Source: Octopus vulgaris
Lineage: Eukaryota
Direction of reading: 5' to 3'
Assembly: GCA_951406725.2 (NCBI GenBank)
Contig: OX597815.1
Span: 133,114,001-133,178,000 of the forward strand
Length of the DNA: 64,000 nt
A model generated the notes under the pieces. The model was given only the letters and a program-made list of their open reading frames with translations, was not told the origin of the DNA and did not search any database. Positions 25,626-36,039 of this stretch are shown one piece after another (the stretch's first letter is position 1; every line of letters starts with the position of its first letter). The position numbers and the translations under genes were made by a program.

Positions 25626-28133
25626 TAAGTATGTGTGTGTGTACGCGCATGTGTATGTGTGTGTTTGTGTGTGTGTATGTATATGTGCACGTATGTGCGT
25701 GTTTGGGTGTAAGTATATACTGCTTGAATTCAATTTCCCGAGCATTAAAGTAAAACAATATTCGTTGTACTTGTGTGTTCATGATGTTTCTTATCGTCAC
25801 ATTTTTACATATGTCTATGTAAAAAAGATGTATCTATGTATGTATATATCTATATGAAGAGGAAGACACAGAAAATACTCACGAAGGGTGTGTGAGAGAG
25901 TGTATTGGGGATGAGGAATCCATTGTCTGGCTGGAATGATAACAGAAGCATTCTTTTTGTTTGTTGTTCCAAGGTGGGCATCAACACCAATTACATCACC
26001 ATCACTAGGAAAAATTAAAATGAAGGAAAATAAGAAAGATATTAAGATACTCAAATCTGTTTCGATAAAACCTCTTTCCCAATTTACTTACGCACATATC
26101 TATTACCCACTGACTAAACACATCGGCTGAGCAGTTTATGTGTACAGTCAACTGATAATGTTTGCGGATTTCTAATAAAGGAACTAAAGCTTTCCAGCGA
26201 ACGTAGAGTTACCTCCCTCAACCGACGAGCGTGAAATGAATACCTCAGTACATAGAGGACGCTTTAAGCTAACTATAGAGTTCTAACGCCTGCTTGCCTT
26301 TAGCAAGAACATTTTTCTTCAAATAATTAAATAATTAGCCCTTTCATTAGTTTTCTAGTGTCTGCAACATAACTTACCAAAAGCTTCTGGCATAAATTTA
26401 CGATGAAAAGCTTCTGGCATGAATTTTCGATGAAAATGTTAGTTTAAATATTGATATTTTGAAACGAAAAGTATAGTACCCAAGTATCAGTAGCATTTTT
26501 TTTTTGCTAGTTATTATAAAATTGAATAATGCTCTGTCTATACGGTTGAAAGAATCTCTCACATCTAAAATAATTTTCTTCGCGAACAATCTCCTTTTTT
26601 ATTGGCCAGTAGAAACATTTCAGCTTGTCATTAAGAGCAGACAAATCTCAATCAAATCATACGCTACTTCTTTAAAAAAGGACACATTAAACAATATAAT
26701 CAATGGTACTCTATTCCAGATAAAATGAGAAGGCTATGGCTTGAATTCCTTTCGCATATTCTTTTTATTTTGCAGCAGTAGATCTGAGGTTCCATTTTAC
26801 GAATCAAATCCCTAAAAGTCCCAGAATTAAACATTTTGTTTACATATGATCTGAAACCAGAACTGAAAGAATAATATATTATATCCTGTATTTTTATACT
26901 GATCCTTGTTAAGGCATTGTTAAATCAATTTATATTGCAAATCAATAGACGGTGTTAAGATCACTATTTCTGGGTAATCAGTCATTCTATTACGGAATTA
27001 AATACGATATTTTCTTTAAAATGTATCCAAAGTTGAAAAACATGTAAACTATGTAGAGTATAATTACAAACAGCTAGCCATTAATATTAAAAATATAGGG
27101 TTTCAATTACAGAAAATAGTAGGTATAAGTAACAAATTATCTTTGTAAGTCTGAAGCTTACAAAAATAATTCCTAACGAATGCTCACCATTTTCAAAAGA
27201 CCTATAGCTGTCTTAGGCTTTCCTAGACTGGTTATTCTGTAACTAAATTGCTGATCTTCGAAGTTTCAACTGATAGAGTTCATTAGAAGTAGCTAGTTAT
27301 CAAGCATTGCTTTATGTGAAGAGTATTTGCTGCTAACTGCTCTAATTCATAGGAGATACTTCATTAATATTAGAACAGTGAGTCTATATAGTTATAGCAA
27401 CGCTACTGTTTATTGACAATCTTTCTGTCTTTTACTATAGGCGGCGAGCTGGCAGAATCCTTAAAGCTTTGGTGGGGGAAAACCTCGTGGTATTTCTTCG
27501 GCACTTTGTTCTTAGTATAAATTCCAACCTGTCTGGGGTCGATGAAATAAAGTATTAGTAAAATATAGCAGTAAATGGAGTCGACTGCTGCTTCCCCTCA
27601 CATATACTGGTTTTGTGCCAAATCACCGTTCATTATTCTAGTATTATTTCATGCCTATCTCTTAGACAAATAGTTTCCAGTCAGTGTACAATATCGTGGT
27701 TTGTATTAATGGAGCACTTTCTGATCTACATTTTGAAGGGTACAGCTCTTTTCTCTCCACACACTCATAGTGCTTATACATCAATGAGCCTGTAATTTGT
27801 CTAACACTCAAACACACGCATATGATACCACCATTTGCTCTTTGCTTACTTTCTCCATCCAACCGTCGTCTTCATGGAACCCAAACACTTTATGCCATCC
27901 TTTCACTGTTACCACGGACAGAGACCATGGACAGTGAATAAGGTTGTGTTTCTCCTGAAATTCTGCTGAAGTCAAACTTGTGAAATACGAATAGGTGCTG
28001 ATCTAGCTGAGTGGCACTTTGGGTAAGCGTCTTCAACTATTGCCCCGGATATATCAATTCCTTAGAACTTTGATAGACGTGTGGAATTTTATATACAGAT
28101 ATATGAATGTATGTATATGTATATATATGTATG

Positions 28134-28194
<61 letters not shown>

Positions 28195-31100
28195 ATATAT
28201 GTACATATATGTGTATATATGTATATATATGTTATATATGTGTATATATGTGTGTATGTATATATATATATATGTATATATATGTATGTGTATATATATA
28301 TATATATATATGTATGTATATATATGTACATATATGTGTATATATGTATATATATGTTATATATGTGTATATATGTGTGTATGTATATATATATGTATGT
28401 ATATATGTATGTATGTATATATATATATATGTATATACATGTATATATATGTATATACATATATATATATATATATGTATGTATATATATATGTATATGT
28501 ATTTATATATATATATATGTATATATATGTGTGTGTGTATATATATATATATGTGTGTTTGTATATATGTATATATAGCTTATATATTTATATATATATA
28601 CATATGTGTGGGTATGTGTGTGTGTGTATGCGTGCTTGTATGTATGTATGGATGTATTTATTTATATACATATTATATAGCTTGGTTTAAGAAAGGCAAA
28701 ATTTAGATAATCATCCTATTGTAATGATTTGCACCAACATAATAAATACATACAACACAGTAAATACACCATGACAAGGAACATATCAACATATTATTTA
28801 GAATAAAAATAAGAAACACATCAAGTAAAAATATACGTGAAAAGGATAAATAAATGAAGTGTAATACATCGATTAAAACTCATAAATTTAAGATTAAAAA
28901 TGTTGAATTAAGAATTAAAATTATAAGATACATCGACGGCAGTGAAAATAAATTTGTTTTAAGAGTTTTAAAGAAATAATTGTAGAGGGTTATATCACCA
29001 TATAAGATGTATTTCAACGGCCGTTTCTGGAGTCCATTTGTCTACAATGTAGGAATCCATTAATGTCATATTTACAATTTTCCCTTCTTCAGGAAATAAG
29101 GAAATGGATAGCAAGGTTTGAAGAGATATAATAGAAAGGAAAATATATTGGTCGTGGGCTACTGTATCAGGTGCCGATCATTTTTACCATAATTCACACT
29201 TATATAAGTACAGAAATCTTTAGTGTAGGATAATGAGAGACGACCAACATAATGTAAACTTATATTTTCATTTCTCTTATATTTCTTCAAACCTTGCTAT
29301 CTATTTCCTTATTTCTTGATGATCGGGATATTGTCAATGTGAAATTAATAGATTCCTACTTTGTAAACAAATGGACTCCAGAAACGGCCGTCGAAATACA
29401 TCTTATAACCCTCTATAAACATTTCTTTAGAGCACTTACAACAAATTTATCTTCGTTATTTCTCTGACTTTTAAATCCATCATTAAGATCTCTCACTGCC
29501 GTCGATGTATCTTATAATTTCTAATTCTTAATTCAACATTTTTAATCTTAAATTTATGATTTTTAATCGATGTATCACTCTTCATTTATTTATCCTTTCA
29601 CGTATATTTTTACCTCATGTATTTTTTTATTCATATTCTAAATAATATATTGATATGTTCTTTGTCTTGGTGTATTTATTGTGTTGTATATATTTATTAT
29701 GTTGATGTAAATCATTACTATAGGATGATTATCTAAATTTTGTCTCTTCTTAAACCAAGGTATATAATATCTGGCGTCGCGGTGTGTATGTGTTTGTCTT
29801 TGCTCCTCTTCAGAAAGCGAGTGTTTGCTCCCCTCCAGAAAGCGAGTGTTGATTTGTTTACATCATCCCAATTTAGATGTTGGGCAAAAGAGACCGATAG
29901 AATAAGTACTAGATTTTTAAAAAATACTGAGGTTCATTTTCGCGACTGAAACCCTTTAAGACAGTGCCACAACATGACCGTACTCCAATGGCTGAAACAA
30001 ATAAAAAGTAGAAGATGAAAAATAACGGGAAGAAAATTTATTGAGAACTACTTACAGACAATGGGCAGCAGTCAAGACCCATTTGGCAGATAACAGACTC
30101 GCACCACAGAATGTTTCACTTCCTCTCATTTTAATTCTTATGTAAACCATGTGAGGAAACTCACAATGCCCAGCATCAGATCCACTAACAATGTGCTCCA
30201 CTGAAATGGAAGAAAGGAAAACCCTATAATTTCTACAGCTCAGAAAGTACATACTGAACAAGTAAATTTAAAAACAAAGCGAGAGGCAGATGTAGACCTT
30301 ATGCCCATCAGGAAACGAGACAGGCAGATGAATATGAAAGTTAACACTTTACATATCAACGAATACTCCACCGTACGTAGCTCGATAATTAGTAACTTTA
30401 GAGAAAGTACCTTATCTATTCAGATGCATACATCGCACTCAAGAAGGAAGATATGGACGTTGAAAGAGGTTCTTATTAATGGCAGATACAGAGAAGCTCC
30501 AGTTAACGCATATGGAAGTGGAGGCTACAGAAACGAAATTAAAGTTTTTACTTGATAGGAAGGAAATTAAAGTTTTTACTAGATAATCTGCTAAAGACTA
30601 CAAGCCATATGTGAGTAGTGGAAGTAACAAGGTTGCATATTATCATAGATTGAACCATAAATCTAAGAGACAATCTTGGATAAATAGTAAAAAAAGAGGC
30701 AGTAGAGATTAGTATCAAGGAGCCAGAAGGGAAGCAATGCGTCGGGCATTCTTAGCAAAGGGAGAGACAAGAAGAAAAAGGTTTGCACGTCAAGTTTTGT
30801 GATATGAGGATCACAGGTATGAGATACACAAGATTGTAAGACCAGGTGCAATAGACAATTGAGATGTAGTTTTCGAGTAGTGCATAGCAAATGATAGACA
30901 CCGAAAATAACATTGCTATAGGCACAAGGCCAAAAATTCTGGAGGATGAAGCTAGACGATTTCAGCGACCCCAGTGCGTAACTGGTACTTAAATTATCGA
31001 CCCTGAAAGGATAAGTCGACGTCGGCGGCATTTGAACTCAGGACGTGGAGACAGACTAAATACCGCCAATCATTTCGCCCGATGTGCTAACGATTCTTTT

Positions 31101-32218
31101 CTAGACAAGGCACAAGGCCCGAAATATTTGGGGAGGGGGACCAGTCGATTAGCTCGACTCCAGTACGCAACTGGTACTTAATTTATCGACCCCTGAAAGG
31201 ATGAAAGGCAAAGTCAACATCGGCGGAATTTGAACTCAGAACGTAAAGACAGACGAAATACCGCTAAGCATTTCGCCTGGCGTGCTAACGCTTCTGCCAT
31301 CTCGCCGCCTTCAGACACGCCAAAAATATTGAGGCATAGAAGTGTTACTATGAGAAATCTTTGAATTTGGTGAATGCATGGGGAAGAAAGAATTTATCCA
31401 AGTAGAAACAGCAGAGGCACCGGCCATTGAATTTATCCAGTGTGGTTGTAATTATAATTACATATATAAATGCATTGACTGCAGCTGATCCGTCGGTGGG
31501 ATTTGTTTAGATGATTAAGATATTTGGCAAAGCGAGGCATATACTAGCCAAGGAAATAGTCAATTAATGATACAGCAAGATGCCATGCCCAATAATTTGT
31601 GTATACTGCAAAAGCTAACAAAATATTCTAGAGAGAATCAAATACTCTAGAGGGAAACAGACATTAAATTGTTTAACCAGGTTATGATAGTTGCATAAAG
31701 AGTTATTGCACAACTAATTAAGAACAGGATTGGCCTGGATGAGATTCAGGTCGTTTCTAGTAAAGCAACTGCAAGAACGGTACCTAGCTAGTAACAGACC
31801 CAGATAATTAGTATTCGTCAATATGGAGAAAGTCTTTCACAGACTCCCTTCCTCCGCGATCTGATGGTCATTAAGCTGGTCCATACAAACCCTTTTCAGA
31901 GACGGAATTACTAAACTGAGAATCAGAATAAACGTAGACTGGACGCTGTGACATTTATCTCTGCATATGGCACCGTAGTCAGGGCTGGAGAACCCTTCTG
32001 CAGACTACCTCTATAATGAATGCTAACAACCTGAAAACGTCAACGTTAATAGGCTGGCGATTGGTCAACACAATGAAAACTTCTCTGGTGCTCTACAACA
32101 GTGAAAGGCAGGAATAGTTTTAAAGAATATTAAAGATAATCTTCAAGTAAAACTTACCGGGATCGGCCGAGCAGCAAACAAAGACTGTCAGAAGGGCGGC
32201 TATGATTATTCGTTCCAT
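21267..32218 (-). CDS. Secreted S1 family serine protease paralog B, complete gene, 6 exons, 765-nt CDS, 254 aa
   Basis: Exons 32158-32218, 30056-30200, 25883-26004, 22944-23075, 21512-21657, 21267-21425 join in frame with GT-AG introns (phases 1,2,1,1,0); signal peptide, IVSG mature N-terminus, TAAHC, QDVAVL, GDSGGG. Confidence 0.95.
21512..21657 (-). CDS. Protease B exon 5 ([11 protein letters not shown]...[16 protein letters not shown])
   Basis: TAG acceptor, GTAAGT donor, 146 nt, same size as gene C exon 5. Confidence 0.95.
22252..22606 (-). mobile_element. SINE family 3 (tRNA-like head) in intron 4
   Basis: Head caatggcccagtggttagggcagcg...ggtttcgatttcc on the minus strand; body repeated at 55873, 59360 and 60051. 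Confidence 0.85.
22944..23075 (-). CDS. Protease B exon 4 (catalytic Asp, QDVAVLEL...[10 protein letters not shown])
   Basis: CAG acceptor, GTAAG donor, 132 nt. Confidence 0.95.
23710..24500 (-). mobile_element. Penelope-like element 3' fragment (C-terminal GIY-YIG endonuclease half plus terminal repeat)
   Basis: 24302-24490 minus translates to [14 protein letters not shown]...IKILSTH...[23 protein letters not shown], the H..H / R..E..I..P.LN pattern of PLE endonucleases; hammerhead motif downstream; ends at (TA)n. Confidence 0.75.
23835..23874 (-). ncRNA. Hammerhead motif with A9C change, in the PLE terminal repeat
   Basis: cca CTGATGC g GTCAC aggagt GTGAC GAAA GAAT TC tgg. Confidence 0.45.
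24722..24782 (+). ncRNA. Type I hammerhead ribozyme, canonical core, antisense in intron 3 of gene B
   Basis: ttgccg CTGAAGA GGGG...CCCC GAAA TTGG a CCAA TA cggtaa; all three stems pair; predicted cleavage after 24776 (AUA). Confidence 0.85.
24965..25215 (+). mobile_element. LINE 3' end fragment with two C2H2-like zinc fingers (RTE-like)
   Basis: [18 protein letters not shown] and [21 protein letters not shown]; isolated between microsatellites, no splice context. Confidence 0.45.
25883..26004 (-). CDS. Protease B exon 3 ([12 protein letters not shown]...[13 protein letters not shown])
   Basis: TAG acceptor, GTGAGT donor, 122 nt, same size as gene C exon 3. Confidence 0.95.
27440..27625 (+). 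mobile_element. Old SINE family 1 copy
   Basis: ggcggcgagctggcagaatcc...ggggtcgatgaaataaagta. Confidence 0.6.
28100..28668. repeat. Complex (TA)/(TATG)/(TG) low-complexity array
   Basis: Direct inspection. Confidence 0.95.
29010..29098 (-). ncRNA. Type I hammerhead motif, intact core, sense to gene B pre-mRNA
   Basis: tatttc CTGAAGA a-GGG...TCC-a GAAA CGGCCG TT gaaata. Confidence 0.65.
29310..29398 (+). ncRNA. Type I hammerhead motif with C3U change (inverted partner copy)
   Basis: tatttc TTGATGA tc-GGG...TCC-a GAAA CGGCCG TC gaaata. Confidence 0.6.
29775..30012 (+). mobile_element. SINE family 2, 3' portion
   Basis: ggcaaaagagaccgatagaataagtacta...ggctgaaacaaataaaaag. Confidence 0.7.
30056..30200 (-). 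CDS. Protease B exon 2 (VEH-IVSG...[19 protein letters not shown], catalytic His)
   Basis: Polypyrimidine tract and CAG acceptor, GTAAGT donor, 145 nt. Confidence 0.95.
30920..31310 (-). mobile_element. Two adjacent SINE family 1 copies in intron 1
   Basis: ggcacaaggcc...actggtactta...gaactcag occurring twice. Confidence 0.85.
31480..31920 (+). mobile_element. Highly decayed LINE reverse transcriptase fragment (RTE-like)
   Basis: Broken translation [14 protein letters not shown]...[14 protein letters not shown] resembling the RT FVDLEKAFDRVP region. Confidence 0.4.
32158..32218 (-). CDS. Protease B exon 1 (signal peptide [20 protein letters not shown])
   Basis: ATG at 32218, GTAAGT donor, phase 1 joins exon 2 in frame. 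Confidence 0.9.
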
Positions 32219-32251
32219 TTTCACGGTTTGTCGAGATATGACTTGTTGCCA

Positions 32252-32259
32252 TATTTATA
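32252..32259 (-). promoter_or_regulatory. TATA box (TATAAATA) of protease gene B
   Basis: 34-41 nt upstream of the ATG; conserved with gene A. Confidence 0.75.
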
Positions 32260-32504
32260 GTTTTCTTATGGAAGTTGTTGAATAAAGAAAACAATGAAAA
32301 TTGAAAAAAAATATAAATTGATTTTTTTATTCATAGCTTGTAAATCAATATTTTATTGTCAACAATTATATGATTTTTATATTTTCATTTAAACGAAGAA
32401 TTGAAAAGAAACTAAACATTCATTGATGCTTTGAAATACATATTGCAGTTTTTTACACTTACTTGTCAAAATTTATATTTCACCAATAGTTTGCTCTATT
32501 TTAA

Positions 32505-32716
32505 TATTGATTCCAAATTTTGAAACAAAGCCAGCAAGTTAGAGGATAAGTCGATTACGTCGACTTCAGTACTCAACTGGTGCTAATTTTATTGTGCCCA
32601 AAAGATGAAAGGCAAAGCTGATCTCAGCGACATTTGAACTCAGAACATAAAGACGGACAAAATACCGCAAAATATTTTGTCTGAAAGCCTAAAGACTCTG
32701 CCAGCAGGTCTCCTTA
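32505..32716 (-). mobile_element. SINE family 1 copy
   Basis: aagtcgattacgtcgac...gatgaaaggcaaag...tttgaactcagaac. Confidence 0.75.
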
Positions 32717-33727
32717 AAATCAGAAGCCATTACTAAACATATAACTATGAGAATAACATTTCATTCAAAATTTCCATATCTAAATTTCAATAAAACATTT
32801 TATCTTTAAGTTTTAATCAAAACCTCAGGAAAGTCTCCGTTATATTTAATATCGCATTGTTTGATTAATTTCTTCGTTTTCTTCCAATGTTGTTCGAATT
32901 AACGCAAAAATACCTTTATCGTAGTATTTTATATATTTTTATGTAACCCTACTTTTCGTCCGCAATATTTTTTACCCTTTTGAATATGAATAAATTTTAC
33001 CCCTTTTAAGATATATGGCAAGAAAAAAAAAGAAAATCGGGGCATCGCCAGCGGCGGCATGGACCGAAACCCGTTCGGTGGGATGTGTGCCACCGGAGGG
33101 GGAGAAGAAGGAAACCTCGTTGGTGGGATGTGTGCCACCGAGCGAGGGAGTTGAGGCCCCTCCCGATGAAAGAGTGGAAGAATTTGTGTTCTTCTATCGC
33201 AGGGGAGGGGCCATTGATAATTATGTGGAAAATGTCCCTGATAGTCGGGGACTAATGGACCCGACTTTTATTGACAGACCAGAGTGGCCTCCGCGGGTGG
33301 TTGCTCTGGTACTGGAAAGAAAGAACTTTTTCACATGTCAGGCCCCTTCCCAAGGGGGGATTATAGATTACTTTTTTTAGGCCCCGACTTGCGGATGCAG
33401 GGATGCCTGCAGGCCGCAAGAGAATTACTCGGGGACGTGAGGTAAGAGGTTCATCGCCTCAATATGTGTCTAATTGTGTTTTTAATTGTAATGGACTTGT
33501 TAGTCCAAAGAAATTGTAAAACATTGTAAATTGTAAGAGGGTTATTACTTCAATATGTGTTTTATTAAAAGAACAATGTTATAGAGAAGCAGAAGGTCGG
33601 CGGGCTCTTTCTGTCTTTTCCCATCCTTATCATCTTGTATCATTATCATTCGCCTCATCAATGTCTTGTCCAGCCCACAAAGCTACCCATCTCTGTACTG
33701 CCTTTATGGCAAATGAAATGAATAAAA

Positions 33728-34050
33728 GTAGCTTGCTTACCAACCACATGGTTCTGTGTTCATTCCAACTGCGTGGCACCTAGGGAAAATGTCTTCTACT
33801 ATAGCCTCGGGCCAACCAAAGCTTTGTGATTGGATTTGGTAGACGGAAACTGAAAGAAGCCTATCGTATATATATATGTGTGTGTGTTTGTCCCCCCAAC
33901 ATCCCTTGACAAAAGACGCTGGTATGTTTACGTCCTCGTAACTTAGCGGTTCGGCAAAAGAGACCGATAAAATAAGCACTAGGCTTACAAGTCGATTTGC
34001 TCGACTAAAAGGTGGAGCTGAAACAGGTAAAAGAATAAAAGAATATAAGC
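33728..34050 (+). mobile_element. SINE family 2 copy
   Basis: gtagcttgcttaccaaccacatggttc...ggatttggtagacggaaactgaaagaagcc...taaaagaataaaag. Confidence 0.85.
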
Positions 34051-34182
34051 TTGATTTTGTCCACATATAAGTCAGACATTGTCCACATGTGACAATCTCA
34101 ATTTCTAAGGATATCAGTCCGAATTTTTGCCCGTCAGAGTTCACTTGATCGAGCAACTAAATTATTAGGTTCATAAAATTCT

Positions 34183-34611
34183 TTTCTACTCAAGGCGCAA
34201 AATCCGAAATTTGGGGGGGAGGGGCAGTCGATAATATCGACACCAGTATGCAACTGGTACTTAAATTATCGACCCCCGAAAGGATGAAAAGCAAAGTCGA
34301 CCTCGGCGGACTTTGAATTCAGAGCGTAAAGACAGACGAAATACCGCTAAGTATTTTTCCCGGCGTTCTAACGTTTCTTATTTCTTTATTGCCCACAACG
34401 GGCTAAACATAGAGGAGACAAACAAGGACAGACAAAGGGATTAAGTTGATTACATCGACCCCAATGCGTAACTGGTACTTAATTTATTGACCCCGAAAGG
34501 ATGAAGGACAAAATCGACCTCGGCGGAATTTGAACTCAGAACGTAACGGCAGACAAAATACTGCTAAGCATTTCGCCCGGTGGGCTAACATTTCTGCCAG
34601 CTCACCTCCTT
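34183..34611 (-). mobile_element. SINE family 1 with internal duplication
   Basis: gaccccgaaaggatgaa...cctcggcgga present twice. Confidence 0.85.
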
Positions 34612-35338
34612 ACTAGGTTCATAAAATTAATGTGGCAAGAATTTCAATATTCTACAGACAAGCGTAGTTTTAATGTAAATTCTCAAGCTGAATCAGCATG
34701 ACACAGTGTGACAATGTTTGAATTACAGGAACAATCCGCCCACCAGGCTTCTACAAGGTTTTCCTCAACCCAACCTCACTCATAAGGTATAGGTCAGCCT
34801 GTATCTATGGAAAATTACACTTGCACAATATATCACGCAATATAGTCGAAACCGTGATCTCATGAGTATAAAGCCAACTTCTAAATTATTCGGCTCTATT
34901 TTGTCAATATATATGGTTCAAAATTGGATAAACGTTGCCATCACAAATATTGTGGAGTCAGGCCTTGTTTGCTGTTTTTTGAATCAAATGAGAACGACTT
35001 TGTATATATCTTATTTAGTTCTATTATTTTGCACGTGGATGTGTGGTATTGTTGAGGCTCATTATATATACATAATCAGGTCTTGGATAATGTCCCTCAT
35101 TCTTTAACTAAATATTAAAAATATATCTATCAATTGTAGCTTTCGAATACAGGACAGCATCAGTGTTCAGTTTTTTTTTTATTTTGTTCTACATGTTATT
35201 TTAGAAAATGATTTATTTCGCTGCAACCACTACTAACATTCTCATGAGAGGGTGAAGAAAAATATTCTGCTAGGTATGTTTCCTCGCATCATTTACACCA
35301 CCAGAATTCAGACAATTCATATAGTCCTAGTAGTTGTA

Positions 35339-35791
35339 CGAGGCGATATCAAACAATTCCCGGACTAGTACTGTAGCGCGCCAACAGATGGCAGCATACG
35401 GTTGTGTGCTCATTGAGAACTAGTAGTGACCTTCATGAGGCAGCTAGCCGAGTGACATCGCTGTGTTTACTTCGGAAGTTGTGAAATCTGTATTTTTGTT
35501 ATTACGTGCATGCTGCAGTCTTCGATTTTTGTCTCTTCCCCAAAATTAAAATGCAGCTCAAAGGTCGCCGTTTAACACCGTTGTCAAGATCAAAAGCGAA
35601 TTGCAGAAGGTTCTTGACTCGCTTACGGAAAACGACTTCCAGGCTGGTTTCCAAAACTGGCAAGAACGCTGGAACCCGTATATTGCTGTGCAAGGTGACT
35701 ACTTCGAAGGAAATGATGTTAGAACTTAGGTAAATAAGTTACTTTTTTATATTAAACATAACTAGTTCTGGAACGTTTTGATACCACCTCG
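35339..35791 (+). mobile_element. Internally deleted mariner transposon (MITE-like)
   Basis: TIRs cgaggcgatatcaaacaattcccggactagt / actagttctggaacgttttgataccacctcg; TA on both sides; residual DFCLFPKIKMQLKGRR and QGDYFEG. Confidence 0.85.
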
Positions 35792-36039
35792 TACAAGTAA
35801 TGTTTACTCGTTACAAAGTCTATAGAAAGTGACCCGCAATAACCAATTGAGAACCTTTAAGTCATCAGCATCAACAATGGAAGAACTATTCATCAACAGG
35901 AATCCATTGACTCACCATGACTACCAACAATAAGACATTGACCTACCAACACAACAACACCTGCAAGCCAACAAGGCAGGAAACAAAGGAAGTATTAGTA
36001 TATGGATGGAGTACAAATACCCTTTCCTCCCGAGTTACT

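Larger units (their letters stand above)
28670..29770. mobile_element. Long inverted repeat (arms ~28670-29155 and ~29240-29770) of Penelope-like terminal sequence in intron 2 of gene B
   Basis: Arms are reverse complements along their length, e.g. cttggtttaagaa-caaaatttagataatcatcctat versus ataggatgattatctaaattttg-ttcttaaaccaag; each arm holds a hammerhead motif. Confidence 0.88.
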
